The position numbers and the translations under genes were made by a program. Below are positions 1 to 9,346 of a DNA stretch of 64,000 nucleotides, one piece after another. The number at the start of each line of letters is the position of its first letter. The stretch's first letter is position 1. A model generated the notes under the pieces. It was not told where the DNA came from. It saw nothing but the letters and a program-made list of their open reading frames with translations, and searched no databases. The DNA comes from an uncultured bacterium. Lineage in GTDB: Bacteria; Latescibacterota; MWCZ01; CAZVGZ01. The stretch spans positions 31,533-95,532 of the forward strand of contig CAZVGZ010000009.1 of the NCBI GenBank assembly GCA_964627605.1. Direction: 5' to 3'.

Positions 1-825
1 CATGTGGTCGTCGCTGTGGTTGTTGAGATAGGGGTCGGGCTCAGGATCAGCCTGGCCTGCTAGTCTGTCATACTGGTGATCGTCGCACAGCCACCGATGG
101 GTCTCCTCAAGTCGCGCGTCACCGGACCACCTGAACGCGCCTTTAAGCATCGCAAGCGCCACCAACGCCTTTAGCTCCTGCTCTAAGACATAGGGACACA
201 TGTTGCCCCAGGTGGTGGGCTGACCGTCTACATCCACTATCCTCATGCTCCAGTCGATCACCCTGTTGGCGATGAGAGCCAGTTGCTCACCGACCCTTCT
301 CTGCTGTTGCTCGTCAGCGGCGACATCGGCGTAGACGCAGAGACCAAAAAACATGTCGCAAAGCTGGTCGGTACTAAAATCGCCTACCCAGCGCCTGTTG
401 CCTTGGTTGTGCCACTCCTCATGCCCAGCTCGACCGCTCATGGGGCCGATCTTCCAGAAAAAGTCCTCGTCCCAACTGCTCTCTTGATTGTACTTCCAGC
501 CTCTAGCGCATATACCTGGCTGCGGGACCATGTCGTGGAGGAAAAACAGCGCTTCGGCACTCTGGTCGGCTTGGGTTTTGGCTTGGGGGTCGCGAGTAAC
601 GGCATATTTCCACGACTGCGCTGCCAGGTACATCGCGGTCCAGACGCAGTTGTTCTCGTAGTTGCCGCTGCTCCAGTCAGACGCGCCTTGAGGAGGCGCG
701 ACCAGCAGAGCTAAGATCTGCCCCTCCAGAAGGTGGCGCGACTCGGTATGGCGTTGCAGCACATCAGCCTTCTGGGCCAATGAGAGTCCGACGCCTGGAG
801 CTGTCTGAGGCGGACTGCTGTTCAT
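1..825 (-). CDS. hypothetical protein (5' part only; gene runs off the left window edge)
   Basis: My own minus-strand translation. ATG at 825-823 (MNSSPPQTAPGVGLSLAQK...) stays open for 275 codons down to position 1. It is missing from the ORF track because the window edge cuts it. Track ORF 283..714 (+) lies antisense inside it. No family recognised. Confidence 0.6.
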   Translation of the reverse strand, partial: MNSSPPQTAPGVGLSLAQKADVLQRHTESRHLLEGQILALLVAPPQGASDWSSGNYENNCVWTAMYLAAQSWKYAVTRDPQAKTQADQSAEALFFLHDMVPQPGICARGWKYNQESSWDEDFFWKIGPMSGRAGHEEWHNQGNRRWVGDFSTDQLCDMFFGLCVYADVAADEQQQRRVGEQLALIANRVIDWSMRIVDVDGQPTTWGNMCPYVLEQELKALVALAMLKGAFRWSGDARLEETHRWLCDDHQYDRLAGQADPEPDPYLNNHSDDHM

Positions 826-1132
826 GCGCAACCGCTCGCATCTAAAGTGTGTAACGTCATTCCCACAATCGAGATCAAGGGTGCGGCTGTCCGGCTTTGG
901 GTTTCTTCCTGGTGGCTGTGGCGTCGGGACCAAAATTGCCACGGATGCCCCATCCGATGGAGAGTGACATCCCACCGATGAGGATGATCTACCATGTCAG
1001 GCCTGAATGTCGCTGGCTGCCCATGGTGCGCACCCCCCAATTTTGGTCATCTCTCTTGGCCGTTGGCGCGTTGATCTTGCCCACCCCAACTTAACTACCA
1101 CCACAGGCGTAGCGGGTCAATCGCAACCGCCA

Positions 1133-2527
1133 TCAGACAATGACAGGCCCAAACACCGGCGCTGCCATATCCGCTCCGTCTATGAGATTGACCGAAGGGT
1201 TGAGGCCCCTTCCGTACCAAAGATCGCAGTTTTTGGGCAGCGGCTTCTCAAACGTCAACACGACATCTGTGGGTTGATCTGGGTCCACAATAGCCGTGGC
1301 GATAGGGCGTCTGTCGTCGCCATCCCACGCCGAAAAACCCCAGACATGATTTGTTGGTTGTAGACGGCCGTTCACCTGATCGTAGCCCACCCTTAGAACT
1401 TTTCTCTCCTCGTCATCAAACTCGAACCTGATTGGCCTCGGTCCACGGCGCAGTTCTGCGTCGCCATAGGCTAGGATCTGCGCCAAACGCGCCAATCTGC
1501 GCCCGACCCGCTTCGCTGATGCCGAATCGATGTGGATAATGTCGCAGAGAGACGAATCGATGGCTACGGCCACAGCGGTGTTGTCGATCTCTGATTCGAT
1601 TTCAAGCTGTGTGTTTTGAATCCGGTTCCACCCGATCTCAAAATCTCCCATAAACACCGACGCCAACTGCACATAGATAAACGGCATCGACGGATCGCCA
1701 CAATCGCTGCGGAAAGCTGCGATGAGGTCTGTGAATCTGTTGTGAAATGCCTCGATGGCGTCCTCGCCGGTGGAGTCAGATTCTCCCTGGTACCAGATGC
1801 AGCCGGTAACTTTGCCCCCGACCGCGTTGACGCGTCTGAGCATTGAACCGTAGAGCGAGTTACCGCCTTCGTCAGCTCTGCTCGGATCCCACTGCGACAT
1901 GCTCGTGCCGCCGTGGGAACAGACGACTATCCCCACAGGCACGCCGACGGTCTTATGGATGGCGTTTGCGAATGACACCGCTGGCCCGGCACCGGTCTCC
2001 TGCCAATGGCGTGCGCTCTGGATCAGTTCTTCTATGGGCCTGCCATCAGGGTCCTGTGGCCGGTGAACCACATCGGTGGCTTCCGCGTACCAGCAGAGCG
2101 GTTGATGGGCGACATCCCACCGGTCGTCATAGTAGAACGCATGGACGTTTCTTGACGGCTTTTCAGCATTGTGGAGTTTGCCGCAGCCGTCCATGTTGGA
2201 CTGTCCTGCCATTATCCAGAGATCGCCTACGAGCAGATCGCCGACAGAGCCCGATGACAATGTATCTCCCTTGTCGCCCAGTTGAACGATGTCGAAGGTG
2301 TAGGGGCCGCCAGTGGGGACGCCCTTAATCGTGCCGACACCGTCAATGAGAGTCAGTTCGGTCCATCCAAAACCTTTGACCGCTTTGTGACCCTGGCGCA
2401 GTCGTGCGCGCATCCGTGCGCTGCCGGATGTTTTCACACGCACCTCTATCTTGGCTTCTCCTTTTTCGTCTCTCTGGAAAACCGCATGTTCGGCTGGACC
2501 GCTGATCTCAAGTGTTGCTCCTGTCAT
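1133..2527 (-). CDS. sialate O-acetylesterase-like carbohydrate esterase (SASA/DUF303 type)
   Basis: Track ORF 1133..2629. It has the 'LWIMAGQSNMDGCG' and 'IWYQGESD' blocks typical of this esterase family. I prefer the internal ATG at 2527 (MTGATLEISG...): AAGGA lies about 8 nt upstream and this start removes the overlap with the upstream gene. No signal peptide. Confidence 0.75.
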   Translation of the reverse strand: MTGATLEISGPAEHAVFQRDEKGEAKIEVRVKTSGSARMRARLRQGHKAVKGFGWTELTLIDGVGTIKGVPTGGPYTFDIVQLGDKGDTLSSGSVGDLLVGDLWIMAGQSNMDGCGKLHNAEKPSRNVHAFYYDDRWDVAHQPLCWYAEATDVVHRPQDPDGRPIEELIQSARHWQETGAGPAVSFANAIHKTVGVPVGIVVCSHGGTSMSQWDPSRADEGGNSLYGSMLRRVNAVGGKVTGCIWYQGESDSTGEDAIEAFHNRFTDLIAAFRSDCGDPSMPFIYVQLASVFMGDFEIGWNRIQNTQLEIESEIDNTAVAVAIDSSLCDIIHIDSASAKRVGRRLARLAQILAYGDAELRRGPRPIRFEFDDEERKVLRVGYDQVNGRLQPTNHVWGFSAWDGDDRRPIATAIVDPDQPTDVVLTFEKPLPKNCDLWYGRGLNPSVNLIDGADMAAPVFGPVIV

Positions 2528-2618
2528 CAAGGTTTCCTTCAGACAAGTGGGGATATCCTGGAAACTCGGGTGGTGTATTTGGCGAGAGTATGATGATACC
2601 GATTCGGGGTTGAGGTGC

Positions 2619-3995
2619 CTATGAGACACTCAAAGGCAGACCGAGGGCGGTGCCGATGTGAGATGTAACCTGGTCAACCAACGATCTGGCGACCGATGCG
2701 GTGGGTGCCTCTGCAAATACGCGGACGATGGGTTCAGTGTTGGAAGCTCTGACCTGCACCCACCTGTCGTTCCACTCCACACGGACCCCGTCACGCTTGT
2801 CCCTGTCACCGTCAGCGAACAGTCCGGCTGTGGCGTCAAGCGCGGCGTCGCTGATTAGATCGGGATGAGAGATTTTCTGCTTATGCATTGAGTATTGGGG
2901 TAGGTCGTTGATCTCCTTTGATAGTGTGGTGCCACTATCTGCCAGCATGTCCAGCACCAACGCCAAAGCAACAAAGCCGTCACGCCCGACATGCAGCTCC
3001 TCAAGCATCACCCCGCCGTTGCCCTCCCCACCCAGATTAGCACCAACTCGCGCCATCTCGTCTGCGACATTAATCTCTCCAACGGCGCTGCGGTGGACAT
3101 CGAATCCCATCTGGATTCCCAAATCTTCCACCATCCTGCTGGTGCTGAGATTTATCACCACCGGCCCGCCTGGCTGTTTGAGCCTGACCTGTTTGACTGC
3201 GAGCGCCAGGGTTATCTCCTCGCTAACTAGCCTGCCGCCGTCGGCGACTAGAGCAAGTCGGTCGCCGTCGGGATCAAATGCACAACCAAAATCGGCACCT
3301 GTCTTCTTGACGACATCTGCAAGTTCGCCCAGGTTGTCCCCCACAGGTTCAGGAGACCGGGGAAAGATGCCCGTGGGCGATCCGTTTAGATATATACCCT
3401 TGCAGCCGAGTCTTTCTAAGAGAAGCGGGGCGACGTTGCATGCTGCGCCGCATATGGTGTCAACCACAACGCTCAACCCACGTCTGCGTATCCGGTCGAT
3501 GTCGATGACCGACATCGCTGCCACACCGTCAACGTGGGCTCTGGCGGAGTCGTACCAGAGAGTGGGACGTGTAACGTTCTGGGCACTTGCCCACAGCACC
3601 CCGGTTTTCCAGGTTGATACCAAATGCTCTAGCTCGTTCGCGCGGACGAACATCCCGTCGGGTCCCAGGAACTTAAGGCCGTTCCAGCCAATCGGGTTGT
3701 GACTCGCTGTGAGGATCACCGCGCCAGCGGCTTTGCGGGCGATGACTGCGTACTCTGTCGTGGGAGTTGGCGAGATACCGATGTCGATCACGTCGCGACC
3801 GACGCCACACAGTCCAGCCGATGCCGCCTGGTGGAACAGAGCGCCAGAGGTTCTGCCATCTTCGGCGATTAATATGGGGCCAGGCGGAGCGTGATGGCCG
3901 AATGCGCCGGACATCTGCGTTGCGATGTCAGGGGTCAGCGATTCGCCGACGATACCCCTTACCCCCGATATGCTGATTATTAGCGGCGATGACAT
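2619..3995 (-). CDS. phosphohexomutase (phosphoglucomutase/phosphomannomutase/GlmM-like)
   Basis: All four alpha-D-phosphohexomutase signature blocks are present: 'TASHNPIGWNGLK' (phosphoserine loop), 'FDPDGDRL' (Mg site), 'GGEGNGG' (sugar loop) and 'RASNTEP' (phosphate loop). Confidence 0.85.
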   Translation of the reverse strand: MSSPLIISISGVRGIVGESLTPDIATQMSGAFGHHAPPGPILIAEDGRTSGALFHQAASAGLCGVGRDVIDIGISPTPTTEYAVIARKAAGAVILTASHNPIGWNGLKFLGPDGMFVRANELEHLVSTWKTGVLWASAQNVTRPTLWYDSARAHVDGVAAMSVIDIDRIRRRGLSVVVDTICGAACNVAPLLLERLGCKGIYLNGSPTGIFPRSPEPVGDNLGELADVVKKTGADFGCAFDPDGDRLALVADGGRLVSEEITLALAVKQVRLKQPGGPVVINLSTSRMVEDLGIQMGFDVHRSAVGEINVADEMARVGANLGGEGNGGVMLEELHVGRDGFVALALVLDMLADSGTTLSKEINDLPQYSMHKQKISHPDLISDAALDATAGLFADGDRDKRDGVRVEWNDRWVQVRASNTEPIVRVFAEAPTASVARSLVDQVTSHIGTALGLPLSVS

Positions 3996-4090
3996 TGTGC
4001 TGTATCCTTTTTGAAGCCGCCTGAAGATAGAGTTGGGATAAGGGCCTAGTCCACCAACCGACGGGGGTGTGAGCCGCTATTGCTGTACAA

Positions 4091-4128
4091 CAAAAAGAGT
4101 GGAGACGACCAGACGGCGTCCCCACTCT
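4091..4128 (-). terminator. rho-independent terminator downstream of the sigma factor gene
   Basis: On the minus strand, AGAGTGGGGACG / CGTCTCCACTCT forms a 12-bp stem with one mismatch and a 9-nt loop, followed directly by TTTTTG. It lies about 90 nt after the stop at 4219. Confidence 0.7.
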
Positions 4129-4218
4129 GCAACAGGTATTCAACTTGGCGCGCTGCCCCCGTAGTTGGCTCAGCCGCACAGCCCAGGTTCGCGCTGCTCA
4201 ATCGGCCCGGCCCAGGTG

Positions 4219-5058
4219 CTAGATGACGATTTTTCGGTGCATCTTGCGAAGCTGGCTGAGCGCTCGTTCCTTGAGCTGCCTTGCGCGTTCGCGTGTGATG
4301 CCGAAAGAGGCACCGATGTCTTTGAGCGATTCCGGGTCCTGGTTGTCCAGACCGAAGTAGCGGCGAATGATCTCGGCTTCGCGCTCGTCCAGGGAACCCA
4401 GGGTGTCCTCCAGATCGATCCCGAACCGCTTCTCGAACTGACTTTCTAAGAACGACTTGTCATCCTGGGGAATGGTATCCAGAAGTGTGCGGCCGCCTTC
4501 CTGGTGGCCAGGATCGTCTAAGGAGAGGTGAGGTCTGGATATATCCAGCGCCTTCTCCACATCCTCAAAGCTCATCTCGACGGCCCCGGCGATCTCGTCG
4601 ATCGTGGGCTCGCGGCCTAAATGCTGGCAGAGATGGCTTACCCGTTTTTCGACTTTTTGGGAGTCGCCGACGCGGTTGAGCGGCACGCGGACTATGCGAG
4701 ACTGTTCAGACAGCGCCTTTAAGATAGCCTGTTTGATCCACCAGACCGCGTAGGATATGAATTTGAAACCTTTGGTCTCGTCGAAGCGGTAGGCCGCTTC
4801 CATCAGACCGACATTTCCCTCGCTGATGAGATCGAGAAGGGACATGCCACGGTTCTGATATTTTTTGGCGACGGAGATGACGAATCTCAGGTTGGAACTG
4901 GTCAGTTTGTCCAGCGCAGCCAAATCGCCATGTTTGATCTTCCTGGCAAGTTCCACCTCCTCACCTCTAGTGAGCAGAGGATAGTCGCGCACTTCTCGCA
5001 GATATGCTTCCAGTGCGGCATCGTCAAGTTTGGAGCTACTGCTTGAGCTTCCAGCCAT
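4219..5058 (-). CDS. RNA polymerase sigma-70 family factor, short RpoD-like (no region 1.1)
   Basis: Region 2 is 'NLRFVISVAKKYQNRGMSLLDLISEGNVGLMEAAYRFDETKGFKFISYAVWWIKQAI'. Region 3 is 'SRIVRVPLNRVG'. Region 4 is 'LKDIGASFGITRERARQLKERAL'. Length is 279 aa. Confidence 0.9.
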   Translation of the reverse strand: MAGSSSSSSKLDDAALEAYLREVRDYPLLTRGEEVELARKIKHGDLAALDKLTSSNLRFVISVAKKYQNRGMSLLDLISEGNVGLMEAAYRFDETKGFKFISYAVWWIKQAILKALSEQSRIVRVPLNRVGDSQKVEKRVSHLCQHLGREPTIDEIAGAVEMSFEDVEKALDISRPHLSLDDPGHQEGGRTLLDTIPQDDKSFLESQFEKRFGIDLEDTLGSLDEREAEIIRRYFGLDNQDPESLKDIGASFGITRERARQLKERALSQLRKMHRKIVI

Positions 5059-5131
5059 GCAGCCTGCCTCTCATATTTTAGCTGTTAGATGGATGTGCCG
5101 TCATCCACTCTATTCGATAGTGGCGGCTCTT

Positions 5132-5332
5132 CTATTCGGTATCACCGTTGCGAATCCGCTCAGTCAGTTCGTCATGCCACTCAACGGCATCATCTTGGCA
5201 GTCTTCGCAAAACAACAGAATACCATGGTTACGAATTTTCTCGACCGGGAATACCTCCCGGCAGACCTCGCAACGAAAGGTGGGGTCCAAGGGCATCCCC
5301 ATCTCCACCAAATCGTTGTGTAGCCTGACCAT
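5132..5332 (-). CDS. small putative zinc-ribbon protein (66 aa)
   Basis: Two Cys pairs, 'CEVC ... CEDC', about 19 residues apart. Same strand as the sigma gene and directly upstream of it. The RBS is weak and no family is recognised. Confidence 0.35.
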   Translation of the reverse strand: MVRLHNDLVEMGMPLDPTFRCEVCREVFPVEKIRNHGILLFCEDCQDDAVEWHDELTERIRNGDTE

Positions 5333-5540
5333 GAAATCCTACCCCACCATACTAACGCGACGTATAGACAGTGGTTTTTTTGGGATTCAGATGGGGACCG
5401 CAAGGAATCGGAACGTCCGCCACTACTTAAGGCGGCGGCGATCAACCTCTGCTTTTGTAATTTGAGTCGAACGCGCCCCCAAAGAACGTCCTTCTCATCT
5501 ACTCCGACCCGATCTGCCGACTTGATCGGTTTCTGTTGTA

Positions 5541-5931
5541 GTGGAGGCGGTGGGAATCGAACCCACGTCCGAAAGGCGGTTACTCAACACTTCTACACGC
5601 ATAGTCCGTCTTTTGGTTCTTACCGGGTAGGCCCCCAACGGACAGGGTGCTTACCTAGCCAGCCCAATCCGGTTGTCGCTAAGCGAAAACCAGGTCACTA
5701 CCAAGCCCAGGGCAGAGCTTTGCAGCTATCTTGTCCAAGTCTGTCGCCCCGCTCCCCAAGGACAAGCACTCAAGGGCAGGGCGGGCTACCTAAAGACTTA
5801 TGTCCTTACGCAGCCATCGCATACGAATAGTCGTCTGCAAGTAAAGGTTTTTCCAGCCGTTTAACGAGTCTGCCGGAGACACTCGGCGTGCAATGCTGAA
5901 CTTCCTCCCCCCGTCGAAGCCTATCGCCCCC
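5541..5931 (-). ncRNA. ssrA: tmRNA (SsrA)
   Basis: The minus strand begins GGGGGCGATAGGCTTCGACGGGG and ends GGGTTCGATTCCCACCGCCTCCAC. The acceptor stem GGGGGCG/CGCCUCC includes the G3:U alanine identity pair. The internal tag frame at 5838..5806 is GCA GAC GAC TAT TCG TAT GCG ATG GCT GCG TAA, giving ADDYSYAMAA*. The 3' CCA is not fully encoded. Confidence 0.93.
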
Positions 5932-6119
5932 TTTGTGTTTAGTGTTGTACTTTATCTAACGACGCAGTAGCGCGCTCGGTTTTACTCAACCCACGCACTA
6001 TGGGAACCATGCCCTGCCATTATACAGCGTGACACCGGGGCACAGACCACTTAGAATATTGCGAATTTGGGTGTAGTTGTCAAGTGGAGAGCGGCCCGAT
6101 TGTCTTAGTCGCCAAAGAC

Positions 6120-7586
6120 TTAACCCAACTGAGCGACTGCGGCTCTAAGGCGTTTGACCACCGCTTCTCGCCCCAAAACCTCAAGCATTTCGAACAGACT
6201 TGGACCTATTCCCACGCCTGATACCGCCAGCCTAACAGGATGAATCAGCGCCCCAGCAGACAGTTCTGCGCTCTCAGCGCAGGTTCTAAGAGTCTCTTCG
6301 GTCGAAGATTCGGTAAACGGATCGAGTGTTTCATAGCTATCGGCCAACGCGGCGACCATTAGCGCTGTCTGGTCGGGTTTCCACCGTTTTTTTGCGATTT
6401 TCGGCTCGTACTCCGCAGGATCAGACAGAAAATAGCCTACGAAACCAGAAAAATCGGATGTCCGTCGCAGCCGCGACTTTACAAGATCTATCACTTTGAG
6501 AAGGTAGTCGCGACGCTCTACGCACTCAGCCTGAGTTACTAACCCCTCGTCGACCCAGCTCTGGCGAGCGACGTCGAAAAGCTCTTCGGCTGGCGCGTTG
6601 GACAGATACTCCCCGTTGAGCCACTCAAGCTTCTCTTCGTCGAATACTGCGGGCTTAGCCAAAATCCTGTCGATGGAAAACGCTGCGACTAGCTCATCAA
6701 GCCGCATGTGCTCGCGATCGTCGCCTGGAGACCAACCCAAAAGCGCCACAAAATTGACGACAGCCTCTGGTAGTAGGCCTCCCTCACGATAATCGGTGAC
6801 AGCCATGGCCCCGTGGCGTTTGGAGAGTTTTTTGCCGTCTTTGCCCTGAATGACCGGCACGTGAACAAACACTGGGGGCTGCCAGCCGAACGCCTGGTAT
6901 AGCAGAACATGTTTTGGGGTGGAGGGGATCCACTCCTCGCCCCTTAAAACGTGTGTGATGCCCATAAGCTGGTCATCAACGATGTTGGCGAGGTGGTATG
7001 TAGGAAACCCATCTGATTTGAGTATGACGAAATCGTCGATCACCGGGTTTTTCGTGGTGATGTCGCCACGGACTTTGTCGGTGATTGTAGTGGTCCCTTC
7101 AAACGGCACTCGAAATCGGATGACCGCTGTCTCTCCGCCCTCTAGCTTCTCCTCAACCTGATCTACGGTCAGGTCGCGGCAGTGCCGGTCATAGCTTTTC
7201 AGCCCCTGCTCCCTTAGGGACGCCAACCTCTCAGGAGTACAGAAACAGCGGTATGCTTGGGCGTCGGCGACCAACATGTCCACATGGGAGGAATAGGTCT
7301 CAAGCCGCTCCGATTGGACGTAGGGGCCGCAAGGACCACCGACACCAGGGCCCTCGTCCCAATCAAGACCGAGCCACTCAAGGCCGTCCATCAAGCTGTC
7401 GAGCGCATCGTCAGTTGTGCGGCTCTGATCGGTGTCCTCAACACGGAGGATAAACTGGCCGCCGGTATGCCGCGCCCAAAGCCAGTTGAATAGCGCTGTT
7501 CTAGCACTGCCAACATGGAACATCCCGGTCGGACTCGGTGCGAAACGCACCCTCGCTGGAGTGTCTTCACTCTTGTTCGATGTCAT
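6120..7586 (-). CDS. gltX: glutamyl-tRNA synthetase
   Basis: 'RFAPSPTGMFHVGSARTALFNWL' (HIGH-type block), 'KLSKRHG' (KMSKS block), 488 aa. Confidence 0.95.
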   Translation of the reverse strand: MTSNKSEDTPARVRFAPSPTGMFHVGSARTALFNWLWARHTGGQFILRVEDTDQSRTTDDALDSLMDGLEWLGLDWDEGPGVGGPCGPYVQSERLETYSSHVDMLVADAQAYRCFCTPERLASLREQGLKSYDRHCRDLTVDQVEEKLEGGETAVIRFRVPFEGTTTITDKVRGDITTKNPVIDDFVILKSDGFPTYHLANIVDDQLMGITHVLRGEEWIPSTPKHVLLYQAFGWQPPVFVHVPVIQGKDGKKLSKRHGAMAVTDYREGGLLPEAVVNFVALLGWSPGDDREHMRLDELVAAFSIDRILAKPAVFDEEKLEWLNGEYLSNAPAEELFDVARQSWVDEGLVTQAECVERRDYLLKVIDLVKSRLRRTSDFSGFVGYFLSDPAEYEPKIAKKRWKPDQTALMVAALADSYETLDPFTESSTEETLRTCAESAELSAGALIHPVRLAVSGVGIGPSLFEMLEVLGREAVVKRLRAAVAQLG

Positions 7587-7983
7587 CCAAAAACCTCTGT
7601 GATCGTCTGGTCTTCGATTTTTTTTCGGAGATAGTCAGCACAAGCCCGCCGATGAGCGGTTGGGCCATATTGTATAGCGCCGCTGCCAGCAGGCATACCA
7701 CCGCTCCTCCGCCAGCAGCAAACAGTATCGATAGTAGGAAAAACGACAGCCCTACACCGCCCCCAAGCCCAGAATCGGCCAGATAGGGGTCGGCGCTCAG
7801 AAGAAATCCATCCACCAGCGACACTCCCAGCGCGGCGACTCCTCCGACCACCAATCCCGGCACCAAGCCAAACAGAGCTCCGGTTTTGGCTGCGGTGCCC
7901 AGATGAATGTGTCGAATCTCGTGTCGCATTTTTTCCGCCTGGAAGCTGCGGTGGCTGACAGGAATGGCGCTATGTAGCTGCAA
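7567..7983 (-). CDS. hypothetical small membrane protein
   Basis: Gly/Ala/Leu-rich, with two or three predicted TM helices (GALFGLVPGLVVGGVAALGV..., GLSFFLLSILFAAGGGAVVCLLAAAL). The start is uncertain, with an internal ATG at 7929. The 3' end overlaps the gltX start by 20 nt. Confidence 0.45.
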   Translation of the reverse strand: MQLHSAIPVSHRSFQAEKMRHEIRHIHLGTAAKTGALFGLVPGLVVGGVAALGVSLVDGFLLSADPYLADSGLGGGVGLSFFLLSILFAAGGGAVVCLLAAALYNMAQPLIGGLVLTISEKKSKTRRSQRFLDDIEQE

Positions 7984-8133
7984 AAGCCAGCGTAGTATCA
8001 GGTCGCGAAGCCGTTAAATATAAGCCGATTTACATCGCCCGTCATTAGACGGACGGAGGGCGAATGACTTATTCTTATCTCTATTTGGCGGCCAAAAGGG
8101 CTACAGCAGAACATTTGGACCGGTTTGAGGTAG

Positions 8134-8538
8134 ATGCCAGGACAGCGGAGACTTCTTACATCGTTGGGGATCGCAGCAAGTATAGCGCTGTTTGGCCTCA
8201 AGCTCTGGGCGGGACTTGAGTCCGGGAGTACTGCGGTACTCTTGGACGCGGTGCGTGGTCTCTACCAACCAAGAATCCCCGGCGGAAACTCTTTTGCGAT
8301 AATCGCGTTGGTAGTGTCCATTGTCACCAAGGCCGTGTTTGCGCAAGCATTTCGTCGCGCCGCCAAACCTAGTACCAGCCCTGCGATGGATGCCCGCCAT
8401 GTCGAGATTCACATTGAAGTGGACCGGACGATGACCATCCAGCGGGCCCACGACATAGTCAAAGCCGTCGGGCAAACAACCGAGGAACTGGAGCACATAA
8501 TACAGGCGTTCGTCCACACCGACCCCGTGCCTGTCTGA
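8134..8538 (+). pseudogene. remnant of a cation diffusion facilitator (CDF) transporter
   Basis: A 134-aa ORF joins a CDF TM1-like block (GLKLWAGLESGSTAVLLDAV), a short TM4-like piece, and the C-terminal cytoplasmic domain end (HVEIHIEVDRTMTIQRAHDIVKAV...VHTDP). Most of the roughly 300-aa six-TM core is missing. Confidence 0.6.
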
Positions 8539-8544
8539 TTCTGT

Positions 8545-9345
8545 TTATGCCTTACGACTGATCGTCCAGTTGTTCGCGTACTTGCGAGTTTTAAAAGGCT
8601 GGTCCCCGTTTGCGGCGATCCAGTCTCTGGTCCACCCAACCGAGTCGAGCCCCACATCCATGATGCTCGAACTTAGGAAGCACAACCCGTCGCTGTCGCC
8701 TTTTGCCATCATCTCCACACCGATCTCAATCTGACTGCCCATCTCTTCGTTGGTGAGCGGCTTCATCTCCCCGAAATCGTAGAAGTAGGCTCCCACCACT
8801 GTCGGTTTGCGGTTGGTCATCTCATGAAGTCTGGCGACGTGTTCGGGTATCTGAGGCAACTCTTTGGCGTGCCATACCCAAAAGCTGATACCGTCCACAT
8901 ACTCCAAATACTCTTCTAAGTTGGGAATATCCATGTTCATTGTGTAGACGACGATCCAGAGCTCCAAAGATTTTGGCATATCGCGGCGCATATCCGCTAG
9001 GAGCGAAGGTTGGGCGCCCTGGCTAATCTCTGTGGTGGAGAAATCGTCCAGCAGAACAGCTTTGACGCTCGGGTGCTTCTCATGCAACGCCGCTATGGGA
9101 GCGAGCTGTCTTTTATATTCAAACCCCTCATCAAAACTCATCTCCCACAGAAGCTCGGGACAGTGCTTGACCGGTTCGTACTCTTCTTCAGTTGGCGGAA
9201 GGTTGCCGCACATCATTGCGTGATCGAGGCCCAAAATTTCCAAGCCTTGCCCGATAGTCATCTTCGACGTGTCGAAATGATAGTGCTCTTGAAGAACGTT
9301 GACGATGGTGCCCCAAAGCCACATATGGTCTTTGATTGTGGACAT
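8545..9345 (-). CDS. uncharacterised protein, paralogue of 61817..62659
   Basis: It shares colinear blocks with the 280-aa ORF at 61817: MWLWG/FWLFA, LLDDF/MMDDF, LELWIVVYT/LDLWVVIYT, FWVWH/LWTWH, GWTRDWIA/EWTRDWIA. It starts 1 nt after the stop of the sialidase-like gene. Confidence 0.7.
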   Translation of the reverse strand: MSTIKDHMWLWGTIVNVLQEHYHFDTSKMTIGQGLEILGLDHAMMCGNLPPTEEEYEPVKHCPELLWEMSFDEGFEYKRQLAPIAALHEKHPSVKAVLLDDFSTTEISQGAQPSLLADMRRDMPKSLELWIVVYTMNMDIPNLEEYLEYVDGISFWVWHAKELPQIPEHVARLHEMTNRKPTVVGAYFYDFGEMKPLTNEEMGSQIEIGVEMMAKGDSDGLCFLSSSIMDVGLDSVGWTRDWIAANGDQPFKTRKYANNWTISRKA

Positions 9346-9346
9346 G

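Noticed and set aside
283-714. 143-aa plus-strand ORF at the left edge
   Set aside because: It lies entirely antisense to a longer uninterrupted minus-strand frame (1..825) that has a proper ATG. The composition is Ala/Val/Leu/Arg-rich, typical of a shadow ORF in GC-rich DNA.
830-1132. Short minus-strand frame reading '...ILIGGMSLSIGWGIRGNFGPDATATRKKPKAGQPHP*', which resembles the first TM helix of a membrane-protein family
   Set aside because: Only about 35 codons, no start codon, and my memory of the family motif is vague. It could be another remnant, but it is not supportable.
2908-3702. Long antisense ORFs inside confident genes (for example 2908..3702, 11988..12731, 30521..31402, 53151..53645, 37851..38351, 44864..45442)
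   Set aside because: Each is fully contained in, and opposite to, a gene with clear family motifs. Their Ser/Pro/Arg/Ala-rich, low-complexity products are the usual antisense artefact of GC-biased codon usage. The similar-looking shadow ORFs in the AKR array simply mirror the AKR paralogy.
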